Below are positions 51,446 through 64,000 of a stretch of 64,000 nt of DNA, piece by piece. The DNA lies in assembly GCF_009834535.1 (NCBI RefSeq), contig NC_045697.1, forward strand, positions 6,946,001-7,010,000. The letters run 5' to 3'. Position 1 is the first letter of the stretch, and the number at the start of each line of letters is the position of its first letter. The position numbers were made by a program, and so were the translations under genes. The stretch is from Camelus ferus. Its lineage: Eukaryota. The notes beneath the pieces are model-generated. The model was not told the DNA's origin, made no database searches, and saw nothing but the letters and a program-made list of their open reading frames with translations.

Positions 51446-52135
51446 GTAGATCTCAAATGCTGTATTCCTTGAGCATTTCTTCCGATGAGATCTCAAAATG
51501 GAAGATTCTGTCTGGCATCATTGCTGTGAGGAGAGTCCCACACTTTCCAAAAGCTTTTACAAGACTGAAGCCATTTGCAGCATGCACTGGCAAGCTGGTC
51601 AGCCTTCAAGTCCTGGGAAACTACCAGAATTTCCATAGCAACGGTCAGTGGCTGGTTTAAGCAAAGTGTATGGTGTCTTGGACACAGTTTTCCCTTGAAA
51701 ATCACTGGCTGGAGGCAGATTAGAGAATGCCACACTAGTCCTCCAAACACAGCCAGCCCACCTGCCTCTCTGATAAGCAATGACCAGACTGCAAGACCTT
51801 AATCTGCTTTAAAAATGTCTTGTCCCAAACAAACTCATGAGTGTATTTGCCTTCAAAAGCTGGAAAGAAAAGGCCAGATTTACCTGCTCTTCAGACCACA
51901 GTGGTTAGGAACACCATGATTTTTCATCTATGTAAATCGTCAAGTTTCATGGCTAGTGTGAGAAGTGACTGCAAAGCCAGCCTTATCTCTGGGTGGGGTG
52001 TTCTCTCAGGTTCCTGGCTGGGATGCTTTATGTCTACACCTTGATCCCAGCCTACTGTCTCATATGCTTACAACCTACACTTCCACTCGGCCACCATTTT
52101 GTCAGGATTTTTCCATTCATCTCTACTGATAGCTT

Positions 52136-54824
52136 TTTTTTTTTTTAACATTTTTTATTGAGTTATAATCATTTTACAATGTTGTGTCAAATTCCAGTGT
52201 AGAGCACAATTTTTCAGTTATACATGAGCATATATATATTCATTGTCACGTTTTTTTCTCTGTGAGATACCATAAGATCTTGTATATATTTCCCTGTGCT
52301 ATACAGTATAATCCTGATTATCTATTCTACATTTTGAAATTCCAATCTGTCCTTTCCCACCCGCACCCCCTTGGCAACTGCAAGTTTGTATTCTATGTCT
52401 ATGAGTCTGTTTCTGATTTGTATTTATGTTTTTTGTTTTTGTTTTTGTTTTTAGATTCCACATATGAGCAATTTCGTATGGTATTTTTCTTTCTCTTTCT
52501 GGCTTACTTCACTTAGAATAACATTCTCCAGGAACATCCATGTTGCTGCAAATGGCGTTATGTTGTCGGTTTTTATGGCTGAATAGTATTCCATTGTATA
52601 AATATACCACTTCTTCCTTATCCAGTCATCTGTTGATGGACATTTAGGCTGTTTCCATGTTTTGGCTATTGTAAATAATGCTGCTGTGAACATTGAGGTG
52701 CAGGTGTCTTTTTGAAGTAGGGTTCCTTCTGGATATAAGCCCAGTAGTGGGATTCCTGGGTCATACAGTAAGTCTATTCCTAGTCTTTAGAGGAATCTCC
52801 ACACTGTTTTCCATAGTGGCTGCACCAAACTGCATTCCCACCAGCAGTGTAGGAGGGTTCCCTTTTCTCCACAGCCTCTTCAGCATTTGTTATTTGTGGA
52901 TTTTTGAATGATGGCCATTCTGACTGGTGTGAGGTGACACCTCATTGTAGTTTTGATTTGCATTTCTCTGATAATTAGTGATATTGAGCATTTTTTCATG
53001 TACCTATTGATCATTTGTATGTCTTCCTTGGAGAATTGCTTGTTTAGGTCTTCTGCCCATTTTTGGATTGGGTTTTTTTTTTTTTTCTTATTAAGTCGTA
53101 TGAGCTGCTTACATATTCTGGAGATCAAGCCTTTGTCAGTTTCATTTGCAAAAATTTTCTCCCATTCTGTAGGTTGTCTTTTTGTTTTACTTATGGTTTC
53201 CTTTGCTGTGCAGAAGCTTGTAAGTTTCATTAGGTCCCATTTGTTTATTCTTGCTTTTATTTCTATTGCTTGGGAAGACTATTCTAGGAGAACATTTTTG
53301 AGATGTATGTGAGATAATGTTTTGCCTATATATTTTTTTAGGAGGTTTATTGTATCTTGTCTTCTGTTTAAGTCTTTGATCCATTTTGAGTTTCTTTTTG
53401 TGTATGGTGTAAGGGAGTGTTCTAGCTTCATTGATTTACATGCTGCTGTCCAGTTTTCCCAACACTATTTGCTGAAGAGACTATCTTTATTCCATTGTAT
53501 ATTCTTGCCTCCTTTGTTGAAGATTAGTTGACCAAAAGTTTGTGGGTTCATTTTTGGGCTCTCTATTCTGTTCTTTTGGTCTATATATCTGTTTTTGTAC
53601 CAATACCATGCTGTCTTGATGACTACAGCTCTGTAGTATTGTCTGAAGTCTGGGAGAGTTATTCCTCTAGCCTCTTTCTTTCTCTTCAGTAATGCTTTGG
53701 CAATTCTAGGTCTTTTGTGGTTCCATATAAATTTTATTATGATTTGTTCTAGTTCTGTGAAATATGCCCTGGTTAATTTGATAGGGATTGCATTAAATCT
53801 GTAGATTGCCTTGGGCAGTGTGACCATTTTAACTATATTGATTCTTCCAATCCAAGAGCATGGAATATCTTTCCATTTTTTAAAGTCTTCTTTAATTTCC
53901 TTCATCAATGGTTTATAGGTTTCTGTGTATAATTCTTTCACCTCCTTGGTTAGATTTATTCCTAGATATTTTATTACTTTGGGTGCTATTTTAAAGGGGA
54001 TTGTTTCTTTACTTTCTTTTTCTGTTGATTAATTGTTAGTGTAAAGAAATGCAACTGATTTTTGAACGTTAATCATGTAACCTGCTACCTTGCTGAATTC
54101 TTTGATCAGCTCTAGTAGTTTTTGTGTGGACCTTTTAGGGTTTTCTGTATATAGTAACATGTCGTTGGCATATAGTGACACTTTTACCTCTTCTTTTCCA
54201 ATTTGGATCCCTTTGATTTCTCTCTCTTGCCTGATTGCTGTGGCTAGGACTTCCAAGACTATGTTGAATAGGAGTGGTGATAGTGGGCATCCTTGTCTTG
54301 TCCCAGATTTTAGTCGGAAGCTTTTGAGTTTTTCACCGCTAAGTAGTATGCTGGCTGTAGGTTTGTCATATGTAGCTTTTATGATGTTGAGATATGTTCC
54401 CTCTATACCCACTTTGGTGAGAGTTTTTATCATAAATGGGTGTTGAATTTTATCAATTGCTTTTTCTGCATCTATTGAGATGATGATGTGGCTTTTGTCC
54501 TTTCTCTTGTTGATGAGATGTATTACATTGATTGATTTGCGTTTGTTGAACCACCCTTGTGTCCCTAGGATGAACAACACTTGGTCATGATGTATAACAT
54601 TTGTTAGGTGTTGTTGGATTCTATTTGCTAATATTTTGGTGAGGATTTTTGCATCTATGTTTATCAGTGATATTGGCCTATAATTTTCTTTTTTGGTAGT
54701 GTCTTTGCCTGGTTTTGGTATCAGGGTGATGATGGCTTCATCGAATGAGTTTGGGAGTACTAAGAAGAACTCATACTAGTCCTTCTCAAACTCTTCCAGA
54801 ATATTGAAAAGGAGGGAATACTCC
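52136..54824 (-). mobile_element. Young lineage-specific L1, 5'-truncated (~2.7 kb), with a short 5' inversion
   Basis: Poly-T at 52134; ORF2 pieces 54029-54580 ([30 protein letters not shown]), 53465-53941, 52880-53230, 52451-52693; perfect 18-bp TSD catctctactgatagctt (52118-52135 / 54825-54842). Confidence 0.97.
52451..54759 (-). pseudogene. L1 ORF2 (RT and C-terminal) pseudogene fragment
   Basis: High similarity to L1 ORF2 but broken into several ORFs by stops or frameshifts; catalytic motif reads YAND instead of (Y/F)ADD; no endonuclease domain. Confidence 0.93.
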
Positions 54825-55035
54825 CATCTCTACTGATAGCTTCATGCTCACAGTACATCTGTAAAAGGTAGGCATCCCATTACTCTTGAGTCCTGGCTCT
54901 CATTCCCATGAACAGAGTGAATTATCTCCAACTGTTGTGTGAGGCAGGCTAAGAACTAGGGGGCCCAGGGGTGTTAAGGGGCCACATAGTTTCTAAAACA
55001 TCCCCTTGTATCCTAGGAAAATAGTGAATCATACA

Positions 55036-55595
55036 TTTTTTTAAATTGAGGTATAATTGAAATAACATTATATTAGTATCAAATGGACAATTTAATGATT
55101 TGATATTTGTATATATTTCAAAATCATCACCACAATTATTTCAGTTAACATCCATCACCTGTATAGTTACAAATTCTTTTTTCTCGTAATGAAAACTTTC
55201 AAGAGCTACTCTCCTAGCTACTTTTAAGAATGCAATCTGGTGCTACTAACTATAGTCACCATGCTGGGCATTCCCCAAGACTTCATTTTATGACTGAAAA
55301 GTTTGCTCCTCTTCACCCCTCTCACCCACTCCTCACCTCATCCTCAGCTTGGGCAACCACCAATCTGTTGTCTATATCCATGAGTTCAGCTTTTGTTTAT
55401 TTGTTTGTTTCTTTTAGACTCCACATATGGTATTTATCAGTTTCCCTGATATTTCACTTAGCATAATGCCCTCAGGGTCAATCTGTGTTGTCACAAGTGA
55501 CAAGGTTTCATTCCTTTTTGTGCCTGAATAATACTGTATATATATACTGCATGTTATTTATCTATTCATCCATTGATGGGAATTTATGTGATTAC
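55036..55595 (-). mobile_element. L1MA9-like 3' fragment
   Basis: ttttttaaattgaggtataattga...gttaacatccatcacc...actatagtcaccatgctg...ggcaaccaccaatctg...tttcacttagcataatgccctc. Confidence 0.88.
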
Positions 55596-55779
55596 CTTTT
55601 TCTTGTTTATCATGTTCATTAGCTTAATTTGGTCCAGAAATCTAACCTTGCCCCTCACTTTGGGGATATCTAATTTCTGCCCAGTCTAGCACTGTGCATT
55701 TCCAAGGGTGCCTTGTCACTTACAGATGGTATAACTACAAATGCTTAACTTCTGATTATTTATTGTCTCACTACTAGTG

Positions 55780-55895
55780 TCCTATGAAAGTCTCAGAGGG
55801 AGGGACCATGGCTTAGTATCTCTGCATCTCTAGAATGTAGTAGAAAGTCTTGCACCTGGTAAGTGTCTGAGGGACACTGAATGAATGGATGAATG
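55780..55895 (+). mobile_element. L2 3' tail
   Basis: gagggagggaccatgg...ctgcatctctag...gcacctggtaagtg...ctgaatgaatggatgaatg. Confidence 0.7.
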
Positions 55896-56299
55896 TCTCC
55901 TTTCCCCACTACAGAGAAAAAAAATTGGCTGAGACTATGATATGAATGTTATGCTATGGATTGAAAGGCCATGTCTACTCCCAGCAGGGTTGAGTGGTGA
56001 TCTGTTTTTTCTTGAAGTGATAGTCTAGGTAACCTTAAGGACAACCTTATATTGTCTTATCCGAATTTCTAGCAACTGCAAACCTTTGTGAGCTGGAACG
56101 TATAGCCTCTGCATTTCTGAATGCTTTCCATTCAATTACACCAATAAACACATTTTTGTGCCTCTATATTCATATAAACTGGGTTATCTGTTCCTTTTTC
56201 TACATTGTCCAGACATATTTTTCTACTTTGAGGGCTTCAAAAATTTTAGGAATGTGAATAGATACAATGGAAAAAAAAAAAAAACTGAGCAGAAACAAC

Positions 56300-56500
56300 A
56301 CTTGACTCTCAGAATCAGGTACACATGGATTTGAATCCTGGCTCTGTCATTTGCTAGGTGTGTGACCTTGGAAAAGTTACTGGAATACATTGAGATGATC
56401 TTTCTTCATGTGAAAATAATTACACTAGTCCCCATGAAATAATGTATGTTAAGTCCTTAGCATAGTGTTCAGCACATCATGGGTGTTCAATATATTTTAT
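56300..56500 (+). mobile_element. MIR SINE
   Basis: ggatttgaatcctggctctgtcatttgctaggtgtgtgaccttggaaaagttac...cttagcatagtgttcagcacat. Confidence 0.85.
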
Positions 56501-56569
56501 AGCCTCTATTCTGCTTTTTTAATAGAAAAGACTGGGCAGAAATCCATCCACTGAAAATATATTAATGCT

Positions 56570-56870
56570 GGAATGCATTCACTTATAGGTATTTTTAAGC
56601 ACTGGTACCGTTCTTGGCTTCTGATTAGGCACTGGGATGTGGTGTGTCACTGGTGGAACCAGCTCCTGCCCTTATGGAGACCAAAGATGATAATCAATCA
56701 TGCATCAAACAAATGGGAACCAAGTGCCCAAAGTGTCAAGACAGTAGACTCTCCCACTTAAGAGTCCTTTGAGGAAAGGCTCATGTGAGAGGGAGACTGA
56801 AGGACTCTTAATGAAGAAAGGCAAGTTCCAGGACAAATAAGAGGTACACATTGTGAATAAAAGTCCCTTT
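56570..56870 (-). mobile_element. L2 fragment
   Basis: gcattcacttataggtatttttaagcac...taggcactgggatg...ctcctgcccttatggag. Confidence 0.6.
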
Positions 56871-58309
56871 GTCTAAAACACTGCACTGTTTTGGGATAAA
56901 GGAACTTGTCCAAGGTGACCTTTGTGCCTGCAGCTAGTGCTGAACCTGCTTCCTCAGAGAAGGGATGGACAAGTGCCAGGCAGTCAGTCCCTTGGTCTTC
57001 AACAAATATAAATATTATCATTCTGCTGCTGTGAAAATAAAGTTCTCTGGTTGATCAACTTCCTTGAGATAATAAATCACTTAGCCTGAGGTCTGGTGTG
57101 AGCAGGGCCCCCAAAGACAGGGAGGTGTGTCCAGCATTAGTGAAACGGCTGGCAAGGAACTTTCTCTGCCAGGAAATAATCTCCAGGTGTTTCCTAGAAG
57201 AGTTCTGATCTCTTTGTGGACTATCTTGGGCGAAATTCTGAGGTTATCCCATTCAGTTGCTTATCTGATGGGACACTTTTTCAGACGTCCAACATCTGCA
57301 AACAGGAAGCAAAGATGGATGAGATAGAAATCCTGTGAAATACACCCACTCACACATTTGATGTCCTTTTCTGAATTACTTTTCTGTCTTCTACCTGGAA
57401 TCCCCACCCAACCTTTTAATCTTTGCTTATTGTTCTCTCACAGTCTGGGGTCCTTAACACAGTGCATCCTGAATCAAACAGTAAACCCTAAGGCCCCGCC
57501 TGGAAGTGAAAGCTGGTTTGTAAACCTGAGTTGAGCAATCATTAACGTTTGCACACAGGCCACAAGATCTATGTAAGAAGAGAAAGCGAGGTTGCCTTCG
57601 CCACATCTCAGTGGAAAACAGCAGATGTTACAACACAAGTGTGGGCTTTGGGGTCAGATTGAATGGAGTTGATTTTGCCTTCTTGTTGTGTCGACTCGGT
57701 CAATTATTTAAATTCTCTAATCTCAGGTCCTCGACTGGAAGAGAATAACACAGCTCAACTTGTGAGGTTGTTGGGAGGTTTCAGGGAAATGACAGAAGCT
57801 CAGAAACATTGTAGCTGCTTATAATGGGGTGTCTTTTCTCCCTTCCCTCCCTATGTTTGTTTGCTTGGCTCAGACTCCAAGTGTGTGCATACAGGTTCTT
57901 CCATTTCTTTATGAAACCAACACACTTGAAGCAAAGGGTGCTCCTTCAGGCACAAGCCATTTTACTCTGTGCAGAGAAGTCCCAAGGACTTCTGCTCCTG
58001 CAGAGAAAATCATCTCTCTGAGTTTGAGAATGGCTTTGGGTGACAGGTGTGCATGATTTGGCTTTTAGAACTCTTGTGGCTGCAAGGTGGGAAATGGCCA
58101 GCTTCTTTCTCCTGCTCCTCGTCTCCTGTCAGAATTTCCCTGATCAGATTTCCCCTCACCTGCAATTAGCAACGGGTGGCCTTTAAAAGCACCTTGCCAC
58201 ACTGAGCTTTTTACTTGTCTTTCATGGGAGACCTAAATGCACCTTGACTCTAATAAACCTGGAATTAGCCCATTTTATCAAGTTGTAGGCTGACAGCAAG
58301 GATGAGAAA

Positions 58310-58310
<1 letters not shown>

Positions 58311-58348
<38 letters not shown>
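58311..58348. repeat. (CA)19 microsatellite
   Basis: Direct reading. Confidence 0.97.
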
Positions 58349-58352
<4 letters not shown>

Positions 58353-58777
58353 ATCACCACATTATCCGTTATCTTCGGGACCAGCTTGAAGTATCTGCCA
58401 GACGCCTCAGCCACACCATACGTTCCTAACACAAGCACCAAACAGACTTTAGTTTCCTTGTGTGTGGGTTTCTTGTTTCACGTGACTGTTCAGTTTAATG
58501 ATTGTATCCATCGCTACGAAAATGTCTGTCCTTGATGGGTATGTTAGGCTCATATTAATATTTTATTCTTCTTATTCACTAACTCAGTTTCAGGTGTGCT
58601 GGATTCCAGTGTCTAAAATTAAACTGTACTTTTTTAATTTAAAGTGGATATTTTGGATATATTTGTGTTATTTCAGTGCACCTTTTATATCTCAAAATCA
58701 GCAATATGATAATATGTGAATTATCCTATTTGTAGGCCTAATATGATTATCCATGTGAACAGTGATTCATAAGTGTG

Positions 58778-58780
<3 letters not shown>

Positions 58781-58810
<30 letters not shown>
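58781..58810. repeat. (AC)15 microsatellite
   Basis: Direct reading. Confidence 0.97.
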
Positions 58811-58812
<2 letters not shown>

Positions 58813-58984
58813 ACATATACAACCTCTGTATGTATATAAACAGGCTAATACTGTTTCAGAGCTATACAGCCTGAGCCTGCTAACCTCCATCTCCCCGTGA
58901 GCTGCACCGGACATCACTGAATGCCAGATTGGAAAGGTGATCTTCAGAAACTGTTACTGCAGTTCTCAAACAGAATCATGGTGA

Positions 58985-59210
58985 GGAAGACCAGCTCTGG
59001 TCCTAGACTGCCTGGGTTTGCCTTGACTGCCACCACGTACAGACTCTGTGACACAATAGGGCAAGTTACTGACTCTTTGCTTCCATTTTATCATTCATAA
59101 TAGGAAGGGAAATTGTATCTACTTCAAAAGGTTGTTGTGAGGATTTAACAAGATATGAGCTTCCAATATAACAGTGTCTGGTTCAAAGGAATCACTCAAT
59201 ACATGTTAAC
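58985..59210 (+). mobile_element. MIR SINE
   Basis: gctctggtcctagactgcctgggtttg...gggcaagttact...ggttgttgtgaggatttaa...acagtgtctgg. Confidence 0.82.
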
Positions 59211-59779
59211 AGTAATTTATTATATTGCCTGTGAAAAAACTGAGGTCCAGCTAGGGCATGATCCGCTCCCCGCTTCCACCCCCACCATCAAGTCCACAGC
59301 ATGAGTTATGGGATGAACCCAGGCTAAGAAGTAAGTTTCCAAATAATCGCTCTTTAACCATTCTTCGCTCTGTCTGTGACACTTCACTCACAGACTGAAA
59401 TATCTTTTGCCCTTCTGAGCTTCACAAAAGAATCCTTCATCCAGGAAATAAATACGTCTGCCTGAACTCAATCTGGGTATGTGGTCTGTGACCTTGAAGA
59501 GAACAAAGTCCAAAGGCGGACCTAGACAAAGAAATATACAGTTCCAATATTAGAAAATATTGAAGTGGATGTTGCACTCAGGGCTGCAGTGGTCCGTTCT
59601 GCTGTACAGGTGGGTGTGGGATGAGTGCTGAATGGTTCGTAGAAGAGGGGACTCCTAAGTTGTCATGAAAGATGTGTCAGAGCATGTCAGGAGGAAACTA
59701 ACATGATGGGGGAAAGGCACAACGAGTCTCATTATTCACACATGGGTGTACACGTGCAAAACACATTAAATGAGAATTA

Positions 59780-60300
59780 AAATTGTCCCCTAGTCCAAGC
59801 TACATTCAGTTTTTATCTGGGATATTGCAGTTGCTCCCTGACTGGCCTGTCTTCATACAAAGCTTACTCCTAGCTTGTAATCAGAAGGATCTTTTGAAAA
59901 TGCAAATTTGATCATGACCCCACACTCGGACACCTGCCCAGCAACTCTCATGTGACCAAAAGACTCTACATGATCTGTTTGTTGTTTTTCTTACAGACTT
60001 CACTCACTCCATCTATCCCCTGCTCTCTGAGGTCCAACCAGACGTTCTTTACCTCTTACTGAAAACCCCACTTCTCTAGGACTCCTGGCCTCAGAGCACA
60101 GAGCAGGTGCCATTATTACCACCTCTGATGGCACCAGAAGGTTTACACCCTTCCGAGCACATTTTCCAGGTTACACTACATCTCCATATGTGTGATGATT
60201 TTTACCAGGCTTCCCTAGTGGTCTTAAGCTTTTATTTGCCACTGCTTCCCAAATGCCTAGCACGTTGAATGGGACATAATAAATACTCCATTAAGCTTTG
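59780..60300 (+). mobile_element. L2 fragment
   Basis: tagtccaagctac...ctgactggcct...ggatcttttgaaaatgcaaatttgatcatg...tgcctagcac. Confidence 0.7.
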
Positions 60301-60379
60301 ATGATGGGATGAGTACTGTGTCGCTTAAAGGTAGTGGCCCCAATATCAGCCCTGTACAAGGAAGAGTGATCAAATGAGG

Positions 60380-60488
60380 AACTACATCAAGTATAATGGG
60401 AGACAGTTTTCTCCCACTGGAGAAGGGAGCTGCAAACAAGAAAAGGAAGGAAGCTACACTGAACCCTGCAGTGTTGTGTATGGACTGG

Positions 60489-60540
<52 letters not shown>

Positions 60541-61680
60541 GAACTTCTAGTTTTAAATATAAATAGACAGAAAAACTAGATGTAAATGTGTGTGAGAGTA
60601 CACATACATATATTCCTCAGCTCCGTCCACTGAGGGGGCCTGGATTCCTTAGCTATGTCCCTGGGAGGGACTGAAACAAGAGCCACCTAGATCCCAGATC
60701 TTGGATTCTAAATACTGTTATCCAAAGAGGAACCAGTGCTTGTTGGAAAACATCTTATTCCATGGCTGAAACCAAGAAAATATAAGATGAATCTGAAACA
60801 TCTTGTTATATGATAAAGTAAAACAGTGCTTAAGGAATAATAGGGCAAGTCAAAGTACGTAGAAACCAGGTTCATGAGGATTCTAGTGGCCAAATCTGGA
60901 AAAATCCTGAGCATCAAAATAATAATGATGGTGCAGGATTATAACTCATTGAATAAACTATGAAGCCATGAGTATATACTGATCAAAATTGTATATGTGA
61001 TATACAATTTTTTTTAAAGTTTGATGGAAATGTTAGAGTCTTAAAATTACTCCCCACTCCCTATTTACTGATTTCAAATGGAAGAAGAGTGGGTTTACAG
61101 TGAAGGAGTAGGACAGAGACTGACTTAATCAAGATATCAAAATGAGCATGACTTACTCCTTATGAGAAAAAATAAAATTGTGTGTCAACTGATGGGATGC
61201 AATGAGAATTTAGTATCAATTCTATGATATTCTTGCCAAAAAATGCATAACCCAAAACATAAATAAACATCAAACAAAGCCAAACTGAAGGACATTCTAC
61301 ACATTCTATGAAATAGTTAGCTTATAATCTTCAAAAATGTCAGTTATGAAAATCAAAGACTGAGAAATTCTTATAGATTGATGGAAACTAATGAGAAGTG
61401 ACAAACAAATGTAACTTCTAACCATGAACTAGATCCTTTTGTTCTAGAGGACAACTGGGAACATTTGAATAGTGTGTAAATGTTAGATGGTAATGCATCA
61501 GTGTTCATTTTCTGACTTGAATGTTTGTGCTGTGGCTATTTGGAAAATGTCCTTCTTGTTAGGATAAAATATTGAGTTGTGATGGAGTACCATGCCTATT
61601 GGTTCAAGGGAAAAAAAAGTTCTTTATTCTGTACTTACAAATTTTATGTTAATTTGAGTTTGTTTCAGAATGAAAAGGAG
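60380..61680 (+). mobile_element. L1MC4-like 3' UTR, containing (TG)23 at 60493-60538
   Basis: gtccactgagggggcct...cccagatcttggattctaaatac...ggccaaatctggaaa...gagcatcaaaataataatgat...ccaaactgaaggacattctac; L1MC4 hallmark motifs. Confidence 0.82.
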
Positions 61681-61773
61681 AAAATTTGATACCCTCCAAA
61701 GGAGGTAAAAGAAAATAGGAAAGAAGGAGGGAAAGAAAGGAAGAAGAAAGAGAGGAGAGAAGTTTAAAAAGGG

Positions 61774-64000
61774 CAGAGGAAAAGCTCAAACCAATGAGCC
61801 AAATTCAGCTTGCAATCTGTTGCTGTTTTTCTTTTTAATAATCATGAACTAATAATGCTTTTTACATTTTAAGTGGTTGAAAAAAATCAACATAATAATA
61901 ATATTTTTGGATGCATGAAAATTGCATGGAATTCAAACTCCAGTGTTCATCAGTAAAGCTGACAAGAACACAGCCATTATCACTGGTTTACTTATCATCT
62001 GTGACTGCTTTCATACACGACAGAGTGAGTAGTTGGGAGAGAGACTGTGTGTGGTCTTTTAATTACTCCACACTCCTGGTTGGCATGGAATTAGTTGCAG
62101 GCATAGTTATACCTCAGCAGGGGTTTGAGTTTCATAGATGTCACCATAGTACTTTATTTTATTAATTTTCAATGCATCCCACCTTGTCAAAACAAAAAAA
62201 AAAAGAAGAGAAAAAGTGGATGTCACATGTACTTTTATGGCATAGTGGAGTGTGGATTATTCTACTACCAAACTAGATGTCAAAATATTGAATTTCTTAT
62301 GTGATGACATGGTAGCTATGCTGAAGGAATGCAGTCTACATCAATATTACCTGGCCATGCACTCATAATATTCCTAACTTACAGGAAGGTAACCATCAGA
62401 AATATTAGAACATTTGAAACTGAGTCTCCCATCACAGCAAAATTTCTTCATAAAAGTAATACATGAAAATGAAATTTCAAAAGAAAAGTAAATTTTTGAG
62501 TGGCTTATTTGTGTGCCAAGCTACATAAAACATTCACCAACCATGAGTTAATTAAATTATGGTTGAATGCAGCAGCCGAAGACACTATCCAGAGAAAATA
62601 AACTTCAGGCTCTTAGCTTTCTGTGAGAAGAGATGATGGAAGAGTTGAGGATATTGGGAGAACCATCAATAGTCAGTTAAATTTCTTCAGGTGGTATCCC
62701 TGTCTCTTGATGAGTCTACAGATGTTACTAATTCTGCTCAATAATTGTTTATTTGAAAAGTCTGTACTGAGTTCTATGTGCTGAATAATTAGCTTCCATC
62801 ATTAGTCTGAATGGGAACTATAGATGAGAATTTTTTTAAGAGGTAAACAATAATTCTAGTACAACCTGAAGTGGAATCTGCTAAGATTTGTTATGCTCAA
62901 TGGTGGTGTAAGTAGGTGTAAAACAGGAAAAAAAAAAAAAAAGGTTTACTTGGTATAATTTACAAAATTTGTCAAAATGTGAGATATTAGAAGCCTAGGT
63001 TATTAATTGTATTCAAGGATTACTTTGTGGAAAATATTTGAACCTCTCGTGTTATTGAACTAATAATGTCAGTAGTGTAGTTCATTTGCTCTCATGAACT
63101 TAACCATTGTCAGTTCTGTAAATTTTGGGGGGGGGAAACTAAAAGCTGATTATCCTGAATTTACCAGCAGTTCATTGGCTTTGAGTTTTATTATAATTGT
63201 TTGAGCTCCAGGCCAAGATAAAATTGTTTTTTTTTTCTGAATAAGAAACAGAAACAGACTCATAGACATAGAATACAAACTTTTGGTTGCCAAGGGGTCG
63301 GGGGGTGGGAAGGGATAGACAGAATTTCAAAATTGTAGACTAGATAAACAAGATTATACTGTATAGCACAGGGAAATATACACAAGATCTTCTGGTAGCT
63401 CACAGAGGAAAAAATGTGACAATGAATATATATATGTTCATGTATAACTGAAAAATTGTGCTCTACACTGGAATTTGACACAACATTGCAAAATGATTAT
63501 AAATCAATTAAAAAAAAAAAGAAAGCAATTCTGTCCTCGACCACTATTGTATAACATTGACTGGATTTAGAAATTAAATTTTGCAGTAGCCTTGAAAATG
63601 TTGGGAGATGATTTCAACATGAATTTACTAGGTGAAACAGTGATAATGCAAAATGTAGACTGTGGTAAAGTCATTTCAATGACAACTAATGTTTGCATCA
63701 CAAGTAATACCAACCTGCTTTATAATCTCCCCTGCTGTCAGAAATTAAAACAAGAAGCAAGATCTGTGTTCCCACACAAAATTGCAAAGATAGATTTTCA
63801 AAGCTCTAACTACAGTTTCAGGAGTGTTTTTTCAGATCTCAGTGCAAGTGTAAAGGAAATTTCTGTATTTAAAAACGTATTTTAATGTGCAATTGAGGAG
63901 CTTCTACCTAACCTTCAATTGAAAGTGATTAATCTGTAATGTAATAACATATTAAAAGGCAAACATAGAAAAGAACCTAATAAAATCCTCTAAGTGCCTT
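61774..64000 (+). mobile_element. hAT-Charlie autonomous transposon fossil (Cheshire-like; MER58B-type 5' end plus degraded transposase), running off the window
   Basis: 61795-62060 follows the MER58B consensus; transposase codons: KRKVD-like start ~62200, SLDESTDVTNSAQ at 62703-62741 (first catalytic D), CAIEELLPNLQLKVINL near 63886-63936; many stops. Confidence 0.85.
63243..63524 (+). mobile_element. Short 3' end of the young L1 family, inserted in the hAT fossil
   Basis: Near-identical to the reverse complement of 52140-52420 (tgtgctctacactggaatttgacacaacattg); poly-A 63510-63520; probable TSD aagaaa. Confidence 0.92.

Noticed and set aside
52451..54580. Active retrotransposon or domesticated RT gene
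   Set aside because: 5'-truncated, with no ORF1 or endonuclease, multiple frame breaks and a mutated catalytic motif.
60625..60640. CTCF-like ccactgagggggcc
   Set aside because: The spacing is off by one base and the sequence is part of the L1MC4-like 3' UTR.

Overview
This window is mammalian nuclear DNA, intergenic or deep-intronic, and is most likely from a camelid: it carries a tRNA-Ala(AGC)-derived Vic-1-type SINE, and I recognised no Alu, Bov-tA, PRE or SINEC copy. I found no host protein-coding exon, functional RNA gene, CRISPR array or prokaryotic feature. The only ORFs with recognisable products are L1 ORF2 fragments, plus degraded hAT transposase, ERVL gag and CR1 RT codons. The window is a layered transposon record. 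It holds ancient MIR, L2 and L3/CR1 copies, many MLT1 LTRs, an LTR16E/ERVL proviral remnant, three solo LTRs of one ERV1 family and a MER34-like LTR. It also holds MER20, MER58A, a long Cheshire-type hAT transposase fossil, and old and young L1s, two of them with twin-priming 5' inversions. The most unusual item is a ~360-bp foldback-like element at 26.8-27.16 kb that I cannot assign to a family. It is built from tandem TTTGG-N6-CCAAA mini-palindromes arranged as two inverted arms, with a candidate 9-bp TSD. A second oddity is an exact 25-bp segment shared by 38568 and 40131 that looks like a templated insertion into a MIR. Repeat family names come from recalled consensus sequences, not from a database search, and boundaries of old repeats are approximate.
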